Origin: Macrostomum lignano | Lineage: Eukaryota | Assembly (NCBI GenBank): GCA_002269645.1 | Contig: NIVC01002793.1 | Coordinates: 1-64,000 of the forward strand | DNA length: 64,000 nt | Reading direction: 5' to 3' | In this document: piece by piece, positions 12,841 to 25,501 of the stretch | How positions within the stretch are numbered: the first letter of the stretch is position 1 | How the letters are laid out: the number at the start of each line of letters is the position of its first letter | Translations under genes and position numbers: made by a program | The notes under the pieces: model-generated | What the model saw: the letters and a program-made list of their open reading frames with translations, nothing else | Databases searched by the model: none | What the model was told of the DNA's origin: nothing

Positions 12841-15800
12841 TTGACTTAGCTCGTACTTTGACTCAGCCGCCAAGTAAGTGTCCATAGACACAGCGGGGAG
12901 GCGAGGGTCGCCCATTCCGCTAGCCCCTGAAGGCGTCTCGTCGTCTTGTCGCCAGAAGGAACTGGATGAGCCGTGGGATGCCCGAACCGACGGGTTCGGC
13001 CCGAGGTAGCGTAGCCGGTCTCTGGTAAAGAAAAGGCAGTGACAAACAAAGTGCTGAGCAACTTCATTGTCGTATTCGCAAAAAGGGCAAAGTTCACTCG
13101 GTCGCCTCGGAGGACGCAGTGCCTGGCGAGGTAGCCATGGCCGGTAAGGGTCATGACGAGGGTGCGAATATCCTTCCCATTTTGGTTCAGAGGATGTTCC
13201 TGAGTCTGCGTGTGAGAGGTGCACGGAATCGCAGCATGTGATGACTAACAGTCTGGGAGCCCACCTATCTGTCCCTGTGAAGGGAATCGGCCCAGGCATC
13301 GATCTGACGATTGATGATCGAGGGGCTGCGGGTCTAGTAAGGAGCCAGAGCAACCCTCTTGGCGAGGGTGATTCTCCGGAAACCCTGCGTGACCTGGGAT
13401 CCACTTCAGCCCGATAGTATTGCTACTGGCCAGGAGGTTGAGCTGCCGGGCGCAGTCAGCGAATGTCCGGGAGTTCGTAGTGGTGTAGCAAAGGTCCTGT
13501 AAGGACGCTTGGCTGTCAGAGTCTGCTCTGATCTAGATCTAGAGTCTGGTCTGGTCTGATCTGGTCTGGTCAGAGTCTGATCTATCTGGAAGATCATGGA
13601 GAGTCTGCCAGTGTGCTGGGCATGCGTGGCAATGACGCGACTGTTCATTATGATGCAGACCCAAAAGCCGGCGTAGCCGTCTTTGATGGATCTGTCCGTG
13701 TAATAGTGGACCTCTTGGAAATTCCAGTAGTCAGTGGCAGCACCCCTTGAGGGAATGGTGACCTTGTGGCGCTGAAAGAGAGTGCGGGTCCACCGTCAGA
13801 TAAGACGTGGAGCCCGCCGCCGTCTCTCAAGTCTTTGAGGCAGAGGTCGGTGTGAGGCAGGAGCTTGCGCTTTGCCATGGCGCTATGGGGCAGGAAACGA
13901 ATGCCAGCGTCAATCAGACCGCGGGCAGTCTAAGCAGCTTCACTGCGGACGAATATGTCCAGCGGGGGTGTTGAGGAAGGCGTTGAGGCCATCGTAAGGA
14001 GAAGACGGGGGCGCTCATGATCATGCGGCATGCGCGCCCTTGCGCTCTTCATCTGCAGGGCGCTAGCCCAGATCAGGCCGCCGTACAAGATTGCAGGCCT
14101 AACCATTACAGTGTAGATCCACCAGAGGCGCTTGGGGTGAGCCCCCAGGTGGTGCCGACGGCCCTGCTCAGCTGCGTGAGAACTGCGAGGGCCCTCTTGG
14201 CTTTTGTCTGAATGTGAGGTGACCAGTTCAGCCTGAGGTTTAGGGTAATCCCAAAACATTTAGTCTGCTTGCAGAAGGGGATTTCTCGTAAAGCGTGAGC
14301 GGCCGAATTTGCCACGTTGTCCTACTGGTGAACATGATCGCTGCGGTCTTAGTCTCAGAGAGTTTTAGACCGCAACGATCCACCCATTGCTCAGGGGCGC
14401 AAATGAAATTCTGGAGGAAGTCCCTGAGGGTGTCAGGGGACGGACCAGATGCCAACGCGGCGACATCGTCCGCATATCCTACTTTCAGGCCGAGTCAGGC
14501 CGAGTATCCGGAAGGAGCTCATCGATGACCATATTCCATAGAACTGGAGTCAGCATCCCACCTTGCGGGCTATCTTTGCAGACGAGGACCGTCCTCTGGT
14601 AGCCCAGCAAACTGGCAGTGGCCGTGCGATGGCTGATAATGTACATATTCCACCTGGTGAGATGCCGAGTGCGTTTTCCTCTCACAGAGGGCTCTCAGGA
14701 ACGCCTCGAAGGGAACGTTATCAAAGGCGCCGATGATATCAAGGAAGATCCCCAGAGTGAAGCCGTTTCCAAGCATAGCCTTCTCACGTTTACCGTCCAG
14801 GACGTGCAGCGCGCTTTCGGTGGAGCGACCCTCCCGAAAAGCGTGCTGGTTCTCGCTGAGAGGCTTGTTCTTCAGCTCCACAGAGAGAAGGCGCCAAAGC
14901 ACCAGTCTCTCCATCAGCTTGACCAGGGAGGAGGTCAGGCTGATCGGTCTGAAGGATTTGATAGAATGGTAGTCATGGTAGGCCTGGCTTAGGGATGAAA
15001 ATCACCTTTGCCACGGTCCAAGCCCGTGGGACGCATCCAAGCGTGATGCATGCCCGTAAAAGGCTGCAAAGTTTACGCAGGAAGCCTGGGCATTTAACCG
15101 CCCCTCTTAGGAGAAGCAGGTACAATACCGTTAGGTCCTGGAGCTTTGACGAGCTTGAATGAGGTAGCTGCTTTAACGATGCGGTTCTTCGTGATGATAG
15201 AGGCAGCGAGCGCGTGACCTCCCTCAGAGTGATCCGGGGTGGTCGGTTAGCCGGCTCGTTAGGGAAAAACTCAGAAAGAATTATATCAAGCGTTTCCCGT
15301 GGGTTATCCGTGGACGTGCCGGCGTTCTGAGGCTTACTTTTGAGGGTCCAGGGTTCCCAGACGAGGATGAGCCCCGGCATGTCGAACTCGGCATAACGCA
15401 TAATGTTGACAGAGGCTGTGACGCAGTGCTGCAGATTGATCTGAAAACACCGGAGTCCCTGGCTGCTGATCATTTTCACAGTTGGGGAATCGTGGAGCAG
15501 GTCATCCTCCTTTTCAGAGCTGGTTGGCCCGCAGACCTCCAATGCGAGTTTCAGCGTCCTCGGCAGTCAGGGTGGCTGTGGAGTCCTCCCCGGGCGTGAG
15601 CCCAGCGTGGACGTAACCGTCGCCTCCCCTACGTGCTTCGGTGCTGTCACTACCCAGACCCTCCGCCTCGTTGGTCAGGTCGATGCGGGTGACGCCAGCC
15701 TTCTAGTGAGTGACAGCCTCGAACCAGTCAGTCAGCGCCTCCCCGCTTTCAGCCCGACCTTCTGGCTGTTGGGAGCGCGAGAAGTGCGGACCCGTTCAAG

Positions 15801-17125
15801 ATGCGCCCGGAGGCTCCTGGCCTGGTCCAGCGCGCGATGAATCAGACCCGACCTTCGGGTGCTCCTGGCAGGTCTGCGGTTTCGGCTGCCGGTTTCAGCA
15901 GCGCGGACTGCCTTTCCGGGCTGGGGTCAGCCGCTTGTCTCAGCTTCTTTGTCGGAGGTGCCTGGGCCCCAGTTCCGGTTTCAGAAGCCTCAGCATGCTT
16001 CGTCAGCTTTTCGCTCCTCGCAACGGAGTATGGTCAGCTGAGTCAGACCAAGATGGATCGTGGACTTAGGCGGCAAGCGCTTAGCCCAATCGTGAGAGAG
16101 CCCTAAGATCACAGTGGCCCCCTTCTCCTTGCCGGAAGTGGCGTGGTGTAGGAGCCCGTTGACCTCGAGGTCAGGATGCAGCTTCAGCAGGACAATGGTA
16201 CTAAATGGCACTGCCGGCCGGGATACGCGAAAGCGCAGGGTCTTTTGTCGCTTGCCCTCGCTAACGAAGACGAGTTTGCCGAGCTTCTTAGGCCTGTTTC
16301 GGTAGAAGCTCGCGTAGACTGCGGCTGCTCTCCTCCGAGTTGCAACAGATGAAAATGTAGCCGTCGGTTTTGGCTGATCTGACTACACCCACGGAGCGGC
16401 CTGCCAGGAGCTGGTCAATAAGCGCTGCGTTGATGGTGCGCCAGGTACTGTCGAGTTGATCGGCAGTAAGGTCCTGCTCCTCCACCGGCTCCCGAAGGCC
16501 CGACTGCGCTGATGGAAGGTTTGCTGGGTGGCACACCAGCTGGGGGTGTTTCCTAAGGGGGGGTGGGAGGCAAGGGTTGCTATGGCTCCTTTCAGCTCAA
16601 CAGCAGTAGCCTCACCCTCTGAGGTTCCCCCTCCGCAGGTGGCCAGCCCGCAGCCTCCCTGTCGTGTCGTCGTCGCCGCTCGTTGCAGCGTGAAAGCGGA
16701 AAGGAGTGAGCAAGTCACAAGGAAGAGAAGAAAGGAACAAAAAAGGAGGACCGCTAGCGACCGGACTACTCCCGGCCTTCTAGCCCATCGGCGCGGTCAA
16801 ACACCTTAGGCATTAAGAGGGTACGTTAAGCAGTACCATGACCTGCGGACTGGCGAGCCAGACCAGCAAACCCAAGTTCCGCCAAAACCACTGGATGGTT
16901 AACCAGCGCCGGAGCCCAGACTGTCCAGCAGCCCTAGGGTCTCGCTTGAACATACGCGGGGACGAGTACCCTTCGGTCGACTTGCGAGACAGCGTGGGGG
17001 TCTGCGGCTGCCGGAGGCAAATAGAGGGTGCAGACCTCCCACCAGCCTTTACCTGCTAAAGATAGGGGCAGGCGTGGAGCATCGCAGACCTTAGTCCATA
17101 GGCCTGGTCTGTCTCATACGTGTAC
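12841..17125 (-). mobile_element. Non-LTR retrotransposon copy E1 (LOA/R1-like: ORF1 + APE-RT-RNaseH-CCHC), degraded
   Basis: Fragments: FQINLQH (APE start), NQHAFREGRSTESALH, PQGGMLTPVLWNMV, VRPAILYGGLIW, GGPALSFSATRSPF/DPSKTATPAF (frameshifted RNase H region), CPFCEYDNEVAQHFVCHC. Many frameshifts. 3' end GCTAAGTCAA and 5' end GTATGAGAC are shared with copy E2. Confidence 0.9.
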
Positions 17126-17596
17126 TTTACTGGCATGCTGAATACGCCTTCACGAGCTCGGGTTTCGTCTGCCTGTTATTGTTGGAGTCGACTTGGAAAA
17201 CGTACGGGAATGAAAATCTGAGCAGGAGACTATCTTTCAAAGGAGCAGTCCTCTAATGAACGGTTGAACGTGCATGTGTTTCGTTAATCTTACGAGCGTA
17301 ATTTTACGTCATTATTCACAGCGAATTTTCCATTTTGACTGCGCAACTCTACTCTCGTAAGTTACTGAATGCTTATTAAACTGGCAAAGTTCAGAGGCCA
17401 GCACTTTATCAGTCGTTCCATGGAAGTCTAGTATTCCATGACTGCAGGTGTAATTTAAGACAGGGTGGTTAAATTTGTGCTCTAAAGATAAGGCGGGATC
17501 GACTTGGAGTTTAGTTTAAATATTTAAACTCCGTTATACTCTGTTTTAACTCTATACTGAAACTCTATAGATACACTTGATTCTATTCTGAGACCG

Positions 17597-20500
17597 ATGG
17601 ACATGGAGACCAAACTCGTATTCTACGTTAATCAGATGAAGGTAAGCTTGGATTGAAAACTTTCTGCTGGATGGCCAATACTAATAGTTAGTGATAGTGA
17701 CAGCTTTAGTGCCAGGGCCGCCTAATTGAGTGCTAGGGGCGCCTAATTGATTTGTCACGACGCGCCTAATTGAGGGTCAAGGGCGCCTAATTAAGTGTTA
17801 GGTGGCATCTAACTGAGCGTCAGGGGTGCCTAATTGAGTGCCAAGGGCGCCTAATTGATAGTCAGGTGTGCCTAACTGAGTGTCAGGATAGGAGCTGCCA
17901 CTGTCTTGTACTCTTAGTTTTAGGGTCTGCGACAGCTACTCGCAGCCCCCCACCTGTTGTTATCGCTCGCTCTTTGAAGCGCCTCTATCTCGCGTTATCT
18001 CTCACTCAACTGTTAACCCCTAACCCATTATATAGCTCACTTGCGTACTGTAGGCTTGCAACCAGAGCTCATGAATTTATCGAACAAGCGCATCTTGCTC
18101 AAAATGTTCTTTTACGTTTTTCTTCGTTTTCAGTGCACTATAATTTGAGAATTCAACCTACAGTAACCCTAGAAACGATTTTATGTACTGTTATCAATTA
18201 CTTAGATAATTTAGTCACTGTGAAGACTCTAAAAAAAGAAACCAGGCATTGTGATAGCGTCATAATACTACTGTATGTTTTTGAAAAGTAGTACGAGCTA
18301 GCACTAAAATATTCTAATTATATATTTCCAGATCGTAGAACCCACACCGGACCCGGAAGAGACACTAATCTCGTATCTGAGGCGAAAATGTAATAACACT
18401 TGCTATTTTTGCTTGTTACTTATAAAAGTACACGGGCCCTTTCAATTGAACTGTAGATAATTCTACCAATACTCTATGTCCCAACACAGGCTAAACCCCT
18501 TTACACCAAATCGCTTTTCAGTACACATTGCCTTCATTCCCCCTCACAGCTCTATACATCCACCCGTCCGCAATGTACATTGCCATTCTAATCTCACAGC
18601 TCTACACCCATCCGTCTCCGTACACTATAAGTAGACCCGCCCACGCTTCGCCCCCAGTGCATCTCACCGGCACAAAGCTCGCCTGCGGAGAGGGCGGCTG
18701 CGGCGCCTGCACCGTGATGATCTCTCGATGGGACCGGCGGGCCGACTCGCCGCTGCACCTCGCCGTCAACGCCTGTCTGGCGCCCCTCTGCTCGGTGCAC
18801 GGCGCCTCCGTCACCACTATCGAAGGCATCGGGCGAAGCGGGGCGCTGCACGCTGTGCAGGAGCGCCTGGCCAGGGCGCACGGCTCCCAGTGCGGCTTCT
18901 GCACGCCCGGCGTCCTGATGTCCGCCTACAGCCTGCTGCGAGAGCGGCCACATCCTACAGACGCCGAGCTGACGGCCAGTCTTCAGGGCAACCTGTGCCG
19001 CTGTACCGGCTATCGGCCCATACTGGACGGCCTGAGGTCTCTGTGTTGCGGTGGCGGCGGCGACAGCAGCGGTTGCTGCGGCGGCGGCCGAGGCTCCTCC
19101 GGATGCTGCATGGATGCAAAGGGCTCCGGGGTGGCAACGGAGTTGTTTGACACGACCGACCTGCTGCCTTACGATCCCGGCCAGGAGCCGCTGTTCCCCA
19201 GCGAGCTGCAGGTTGTTCGATTTCGAACCGGGATTGAAAGCTGTGCATTTGTTCTGGAATTTAGTTTAATCAAATCGCCAATTTTAATTCATCTAGCTGA
19301 CGGACCGGTACGACGCCAGTGAGCTACGCTTCACCTCCGATCGGGTCACGTGGCATCGGCCAGTCAGCCTGGAGCGGCTTCTGCAGCTCAAATCTGAGCA
19401 CCCCGAGGCTAAGCTGGTTGTGGGAAATAGCGAGATTGGTGAGTTTTGGTTCACAGATCATGAATGCTTGCCAGTAGGATTACTGGTAGTTGGAATCTTG
19501 TAATTAGTACCGATAATATCAGTGGGTATCGTGTCAACAGTATCAAAATCTGTGGCTATCTTGTCAGTTGCACCAATATATGTGGCTTTCTTGTCAGTAG
19601 TACCAATATCATATCTGTAGAATGAATTTCAGTATCTTAGATAAATGCAATGCACCTCACCGAATGAACCATGCCCAGGCATCGAGACCAAGCAGAAGGG
19701 CGCCATTCATCCGCATCTAATTTGCACTTCCGGCGTGCCTGAGCTGACGTCAATCGAGGCGACACCCGCCGGCTTTGTGATTGGCGCCAGCGTAAGCCTA
19801 ACACGCCTGGCGCAGCTGTGCCGGCGCCTGTGCTCGGACGCCAAGGCCGGCGGGCTGTCCTTGGAGCACCAGAAGCGCGGCTGCCGGGCCCTGCTGGACA
19901 TGCTGGACCAGTTTGCCGGGCCGCAGATCCGCAACGTTGCGGTAATTGAGAGGGCTGTGGAACCAGCTCAAACTGCGAGTTAGCAGGGTAGCTCAGCGAT
20001 TAACGCGTTTGACGCGTTCGAAGTAGTTAGGCTCGATTCTGTGCGCAGCCACATGTAATTTGGGGCTCGAGCCCAACATGAATTAGGCTGTGATGCTTGT
20101 GCAGTTCTCGCCCATGAGGGCATCAGGGAATGTACTAAAGTAAATGGAAAAGCTTAGGGGTCAACGAAACGGGCAAGACTGCTTGACTCTTTGGTCTCTG
20201 TGAGTCGACTGTCGGCCTGATTCGCCTTCATCTGGAAACTGACCGACTTTTGCTTTTTCTGCAGGCAATCGGCGGCAATGTGATGACAGCCAGCCCGATC
20301 TCGGACCTGATTCCTCTTCTCGGAGCTCTAGGAGCCACCTTGACGCTGGCGTCGCTGCGTGAGTCTGAGCTGTTGTCTAAGCCATCTCTACGAGAACATG
20401 CACCGTTTCATTAAACCACATCATGTTCATAAACCGCAGAGCCCCATGACAACCCATAAGGACCCTTGCTTTGCCCGCAGGCGGAGAGCGCAACGTGGCA

Positions 20501-23500
20501 GCGGACCAAAGCTTCTTCGTCGGCTACAGACGCACGGCGGCCAGGCCTGACGAGGTACTGCGCAGTGTGTCGATACCCTTCTGCTCCGAGCGGCAGCACT
20601 GCTACGCCTTCAAACAGGCTCGGCGAAAAGAGGACGACATCGCCATCGTGAACGCAGCAATTTGGGTCGACCTGGGGCCCGGCGGAGATCAAGTAGCCGC
20701 CGCTCGTCTCTGCTTCGGCGGTCTGGCGCCAACTGTGCTGTCGGCTGGACAGGCCGCCGCCGCCATGGTCGGGCGCCGTTGGGAGGACGGCGACGCGCTG
20801 GAGGCGGGCCTGCGCCAGCTGAAGACAGAGGCTGCGGTCGCCTGGGGCGCTCCGGGAGGACAGGCCGCCTACCGGTCTACGCTAGCCGCCTCGATGCTTT
20901 TCCGCTTCTACCAGCGCGTCTGCCGCGACGTCGGACTTCCGTTCGACGTGTCCGCTGTAGACGAACTCGACCGACGACCACTGTCTGCAACGCAGGTGTT
21001 TGAGTCCGTCCCGGCAGACCAACCGATCGAGGACCTCGTGGGGCGGCCAGTTTCCCACGCTAGCGCTATCGCCCAGGTGACGGGAGAAGCCATGTACACT
21101 GACGACGCACAGGCGGCCACCGGCGAGCTGTTCCTGGCACCGGTGATGAGCGACCGGGCCAGAGCGACGTTGGTCGGCATCGACTTTACGGACGCCCTGG
21201 CGATGGACGGCGTGGCCGGTTTCGTGGACAGCCGAGACGTTCCGGGCAGCAACTTGTACGGCTACGCATTCGATGACGAGCCGGTCTTCGCAAGCTCCGA
21301 CGTGATGTTTACTGGCCAGTTCCTGGCGGGTGTGCTGGCCGCGGACCGCGACACGGCGCGTCGAGCTGCCCGTTTGGTGCGCGTGCAGTACGGGCCTGCG
21401 GCGGGCTCGCCTGTGGTCACCATCTCAGACGCGGCCGCCTACGACAGCTTCTTTCCGGAGGAACACTGGAAGCAGCTGACTGTTGGCAATGTTGACGAGG
21501 CGTTCGCCACGGCTGAGCACTGTGTTGAGGGCGAGATGAATGTCGGAGGCCAGGAGCACTTCTACTTCGAGCCCTTCTCCGTCCTGGTGGAGCCAAAGGA
21601 CGGCGGCTCGGAGCTGCTAGTTTACGCCACCAGTCAGAACCCGAGCGGCATGCAGAGCGACCTGTCCAAGGTGACGGGGCTGGCCAGGAATCGCATCGTG
21701 GTGAAGGTCAAGCGGATCGGCGGCGGCTTCGGCGGCAAAGAGACGCGGCCGAGCCAGCTCGCCACTCCGGCTGCGGTGGCCGCACTGAAGTTCGGCCGGC
21801 CGGTGCGGGCCGTACTGGACCGCTGGGACGACATGGCGGTGTCCGGAGGTCGTCACCCGGTCAAGGCGCGCTACAAGCTGGCAGCGGACAGAGATAGCCG
21901 GCTGACCGGGCTGCGCCTGCTCATCCTGCTAAACGCGGGCTGTACGCTGGACATGTCCGAGAACGTGGCCGGCCGGATGCTACGCGCATGCATGGAGACC
22001 TACCGGCTAGCCAGCCTGAGCATTGAGATCCGGCTGTGCCGCACCAACCTCGCCTCCAACACGGCCTTCCGGGCGTTTGGCACTCCGCAGGCCTGCGCCA
22101 TCATGGAGACGGCGGTGTCACACCTGGCCGAATCCATGGGCCTTTCGCAGTGCCAGATTCGCGAGCTGAACCTGTTCCGCTCCGGCGAGATCACGCCGAA
22201 CGGAGCTCCGGTGAAGAGCGACAACCTGTGGCGCTGCTGGCAGGAGTGCCTGGCCGCCTCCGACTATCATGGCCGCCTGCGCGAGCTTGAGGTCTTCAAC
22301 CGCGCCAGCCGGCACATAAAACGTGGCCTGTCTCTCTGCCCCATCGCCTACGGCATCGGCATGGGCAAAAAATTCCCCCTGCAGAGCGGAGCCACCGTCA
22401 ACATCTATCTGGACGGCTCCGTGCTGATTTGTCACGGCGGAGTGGAGATGGGCCAGGGGGTGCACACCAAGCTGCTCCAGGTAGCCGCCAGGGCTCTTCA
22501 ACTGCCCATCGGGCGGCTGTACATTGCAGAGACTTCCACGGATAAGGTTTGATTCTTTTGAGACAAAGGGACATTGCTTGAAGTTCTTCCATATGGAACC
22601 TAAGCATAGCTAAACGTATAAAGGCAGCTTATGAGCTAAGCATAGCAGAGACAGCACAGCGCAGGTTTGAGCATAGCATACGACTGCGTAGTAACGGTGG
22701 TCGATTTGGTTTGGGTTGAGAAGCGTTGGGACGCGCAATAGACCTACTAGTTATTAGAACAATTTTTATGATCTTGGCGAGCTCCAGCTCAAATGTTTCA
22801 AGCCTGAGCACATTCCAACATATATACTTAATACATATGAGAACTTGTGGCGGATCTGGCAATCTCATACACAGGACAGAACACAGGAGATAGAGCTTAC
22901 TGGTCGTATTACTTATGGCTGGCCGTTACTGGGTTAAATTGTTTATTGGTAGTAAAAGACCGTCAAACGGCACAGAGCAGGGCAAATCGCCACAGGAGCC
23001 CAAGGTAGCGAAGGGGGAGGAGGAGAACAGACGGCAATATAAATACCAAAAAAGGTTGGGGCGAGACAGCAGACGACTGACTGCCAAGCCCAGCCAATCA
23101 GCGCGCCGCGCAAGGCAGAGCTGATCGGCTGGACCAAGAGGAAGGGTCACTGAGAAGGTGGAGAGAGAAAAAGGGCAGGGAGAACTGGCCAATCAACTGC
23201 AGAAAAACTGGGGGGAAGGAAAGCCGGGTCCCAAACAGAGGGAGAGAAACTGAGAGAAACAGAGAGAGAGCGAGGGAGCCCCCGGACCAGCCAATCGACT
23301 GGCGACCAGCCAGCACGGACTAGAGCTGAAGGTTATCCAGCGCCAGCACAAGTGCGCAGGCACCCCAAATCAACAATAAGTGCGTAGGCACCACAATGTA
23401 ACAGGGCTTCTGAGACAGGCTATTCAGTGCATTGCAATAGATTTCAACACCTCTCCAGGTCCCAAACACAACGGCATCGGCCGCTTCCATAACAACCGAC

Positions 23501-24556
23501 ATCAACGCTCCGGCTGTTCTCGACGCCTGCCTGCAGTTGCGCCGACGCTTGGCGCCATTCGTCGAGGCGAACCCGACCGCCGCCTGGGAGGACTGGGTTG
23601 GTGCCGCCTACCTGGCCGGCGTCAGCCTCTCGGCCTGCGGCTTCTGCTTCAATCCGCCCAAGGAGGACGCGGACAGGCGCAGCGGCCGGGGCGACTCTGC
23701 CCTCTACTTCACCTACGGAGCCGCCTGCTCTGAGGTGGAAATCGACGCCCTGACCGGCGATCACGTGATCCGACGCTGCGACATCGTTATGGATCTCGGC
23801 GCCAGCCTCAACCCGGCTGTCGACATCGGCCAGGTGGAAGGCGCCTTCACGCAGGGCTGCGGCTTGTACACCATCGAAGACCTTCGCTACTCGCCCGATG
23901 GCCGCCTCCTGACCCGCGGGCCCGGCGCTTACAAAATTCCTGGCTTCTCCGACATCCCGGAGAAGCTGAACATCCGCCTGCTGAGAGGCAGCCGCTGCGA
24001 GCACCCCAAAGCCGTTCACTCGTCCAAGGCGGTCGGCGAGCCGCCGCTGAACCTGGCAGCCTCGGTGCTGACGGCCATCAGGCAGGCGGTGCTGGCGGCC
24101 AGGCTGGACAGCCAGGTCGAGCTTCCGAACGGTCATCAGGGCCAGCTCAGCTTCCAGCTGGACTCGCCGGCGACCTCGGAGCGAATCCGCCTGGCCTGCG
24201 GAGGTGGGCTGGTGGCTGAGGTGAGTGCCCGGGGAAACCCGTTGAGGGCTCATTTAGACCAAAACGATTTGTCTATGGCCAAAAGACGATTTATTCAGGG
24301 TAAAGCATGGTTGGGCCGGTGCAGCCTGTCAATATTACAGATGCTAAAAAATTGTCAAGACGTCGAGTTTCAAGAGCAGTGATTTGAAGTGACCCCATCC
24401 ATCACAATCCTTTTTTTATTCATCGTTGGCAATGTGAGAATAATAATTTTTGCAATCCTTCGCATCATTTTTACTCATGCCTTTACCCTCATCAATTGAC
24501 GCCAGGTGAGCAACACTGACGGAAGCGCCCCATGGGAGGTCCGGCCGTCCGACTGA
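17597..24556 (+). CDS. XDH: Xanthine dehydrogenase/oxidase-family molybdoflavoenzyme, copy 1; exons 17597-17641, 18332-18389, 18658-19211, 19297-19438, 19679-19941, 20265-20358, 20481-22546, 23459-24220, 24506-24556 (~1340 aa)
   Basis: 2Fe-2S motifs [35 protein letters not shown]; FAD domain [37 protein letters not shown]; Moco domain [54 protein letters not shown] junctions in phase, no internal stop. Confidence 0.93.
17716..17885. repeat. Irregular ~20-bp repeat (GGCGCCTAATTGAGTG-like, ~8 copies) in XDH copy 1 intron 1
   Basis: Direct inspection; paralogous array at 40265-40520. Confidence 0.85.
22846..23395 (-). mobile_element. Putative solo LTR in XDH copy 1 intron 7 (homologue at ~47120-47612 in copy 2)
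   Basis: TGTGG...CCACA ends, AATAAA on the minus strand near one end, purine-rich body, ~550 bp; no clear TSD. Confidence 0.45.
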
Positions 24557-25501
24557 GCTGCACGTGCCGCTGTGCTATTTGTAGAAAACTTGGCATGCTG
24601 GCTTTTAATTAGAATGCAATGCTCGTTTCTATGCAAGAAATCAGAGGCATATGCGTGAGAAAGGAACTTGTTGCACAAACATTTTTTGTTGCCGTGCTGC
24701 TTTAAGTTTTTTTAGGGGTCCTGGGACAAAAATTTATTTCATTTATTTATACGAGTAATTCGAGAATAAAAACTATACAAGGGAAGTTTTATATCTTATA
24801 AATAAACTTACTTTTGGTTAAAAGTATTTGCTAGGTATGAAATTAATTTGACTTCTTAGGTAATAAAATGAAGAAAAATATCATTAATTTAAATAAACTT
24901 TTTTCACTTGCTAATTGTTTTGTCAACCGATACGACAATGCTTTTTCCGTGATCTTTGTGTGTTAAATTTGTAAACGATACTTTCTGTGAACTCAGTCTC
25001 ATCCTGTGAGCAATATTTAATATGTTAACTGTTTTTTTTCTGGGAACCGTATTTACTTTTAAACTGTACTTAACAGTATAAAAGTGATTCAATAAGTCAA
25101 TCAATCCAGCGGATAGTACGTTCAATCAAAAATCAGCACACACACCAAGTGTAAAAATGAAGCTCTGAGACCAGAATACTTGGTTTAAAAGTCTCCACAC
25201 CTTTTCCGTTCAAATCAACAAATCTTGCATTCTATTTCGGCAAACTGACATTCGATTTCATCATTAGCTACTTCGATCAACCGTCATTCCAATTTTGATG
25301 GATATTCTATTTCATACCATAGTGACGGTGTCTATGGACAAAACTTGCTCCTGCATGCAGATTTCCCATTCAATTTCGGTATGCAGCATTGTCGTTTGAC
25401 CACAGCGTGCAGGAATGATTTTTTCGATTTATTATCGTGCAGGAATGTCTGTGTCTATGGTAGAAATCACTTGACATACGTTAGCTTATCGTGCAGGAAT
25501 G

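Noticed and set aside
20481-22546. Bacterial or horizontally acquired xdh (long GC-rich exon)
   Set aside because: Single-chain eukaryotic domain order with eight spliceosomal introns; the dynein exons are similarly GC-rich.
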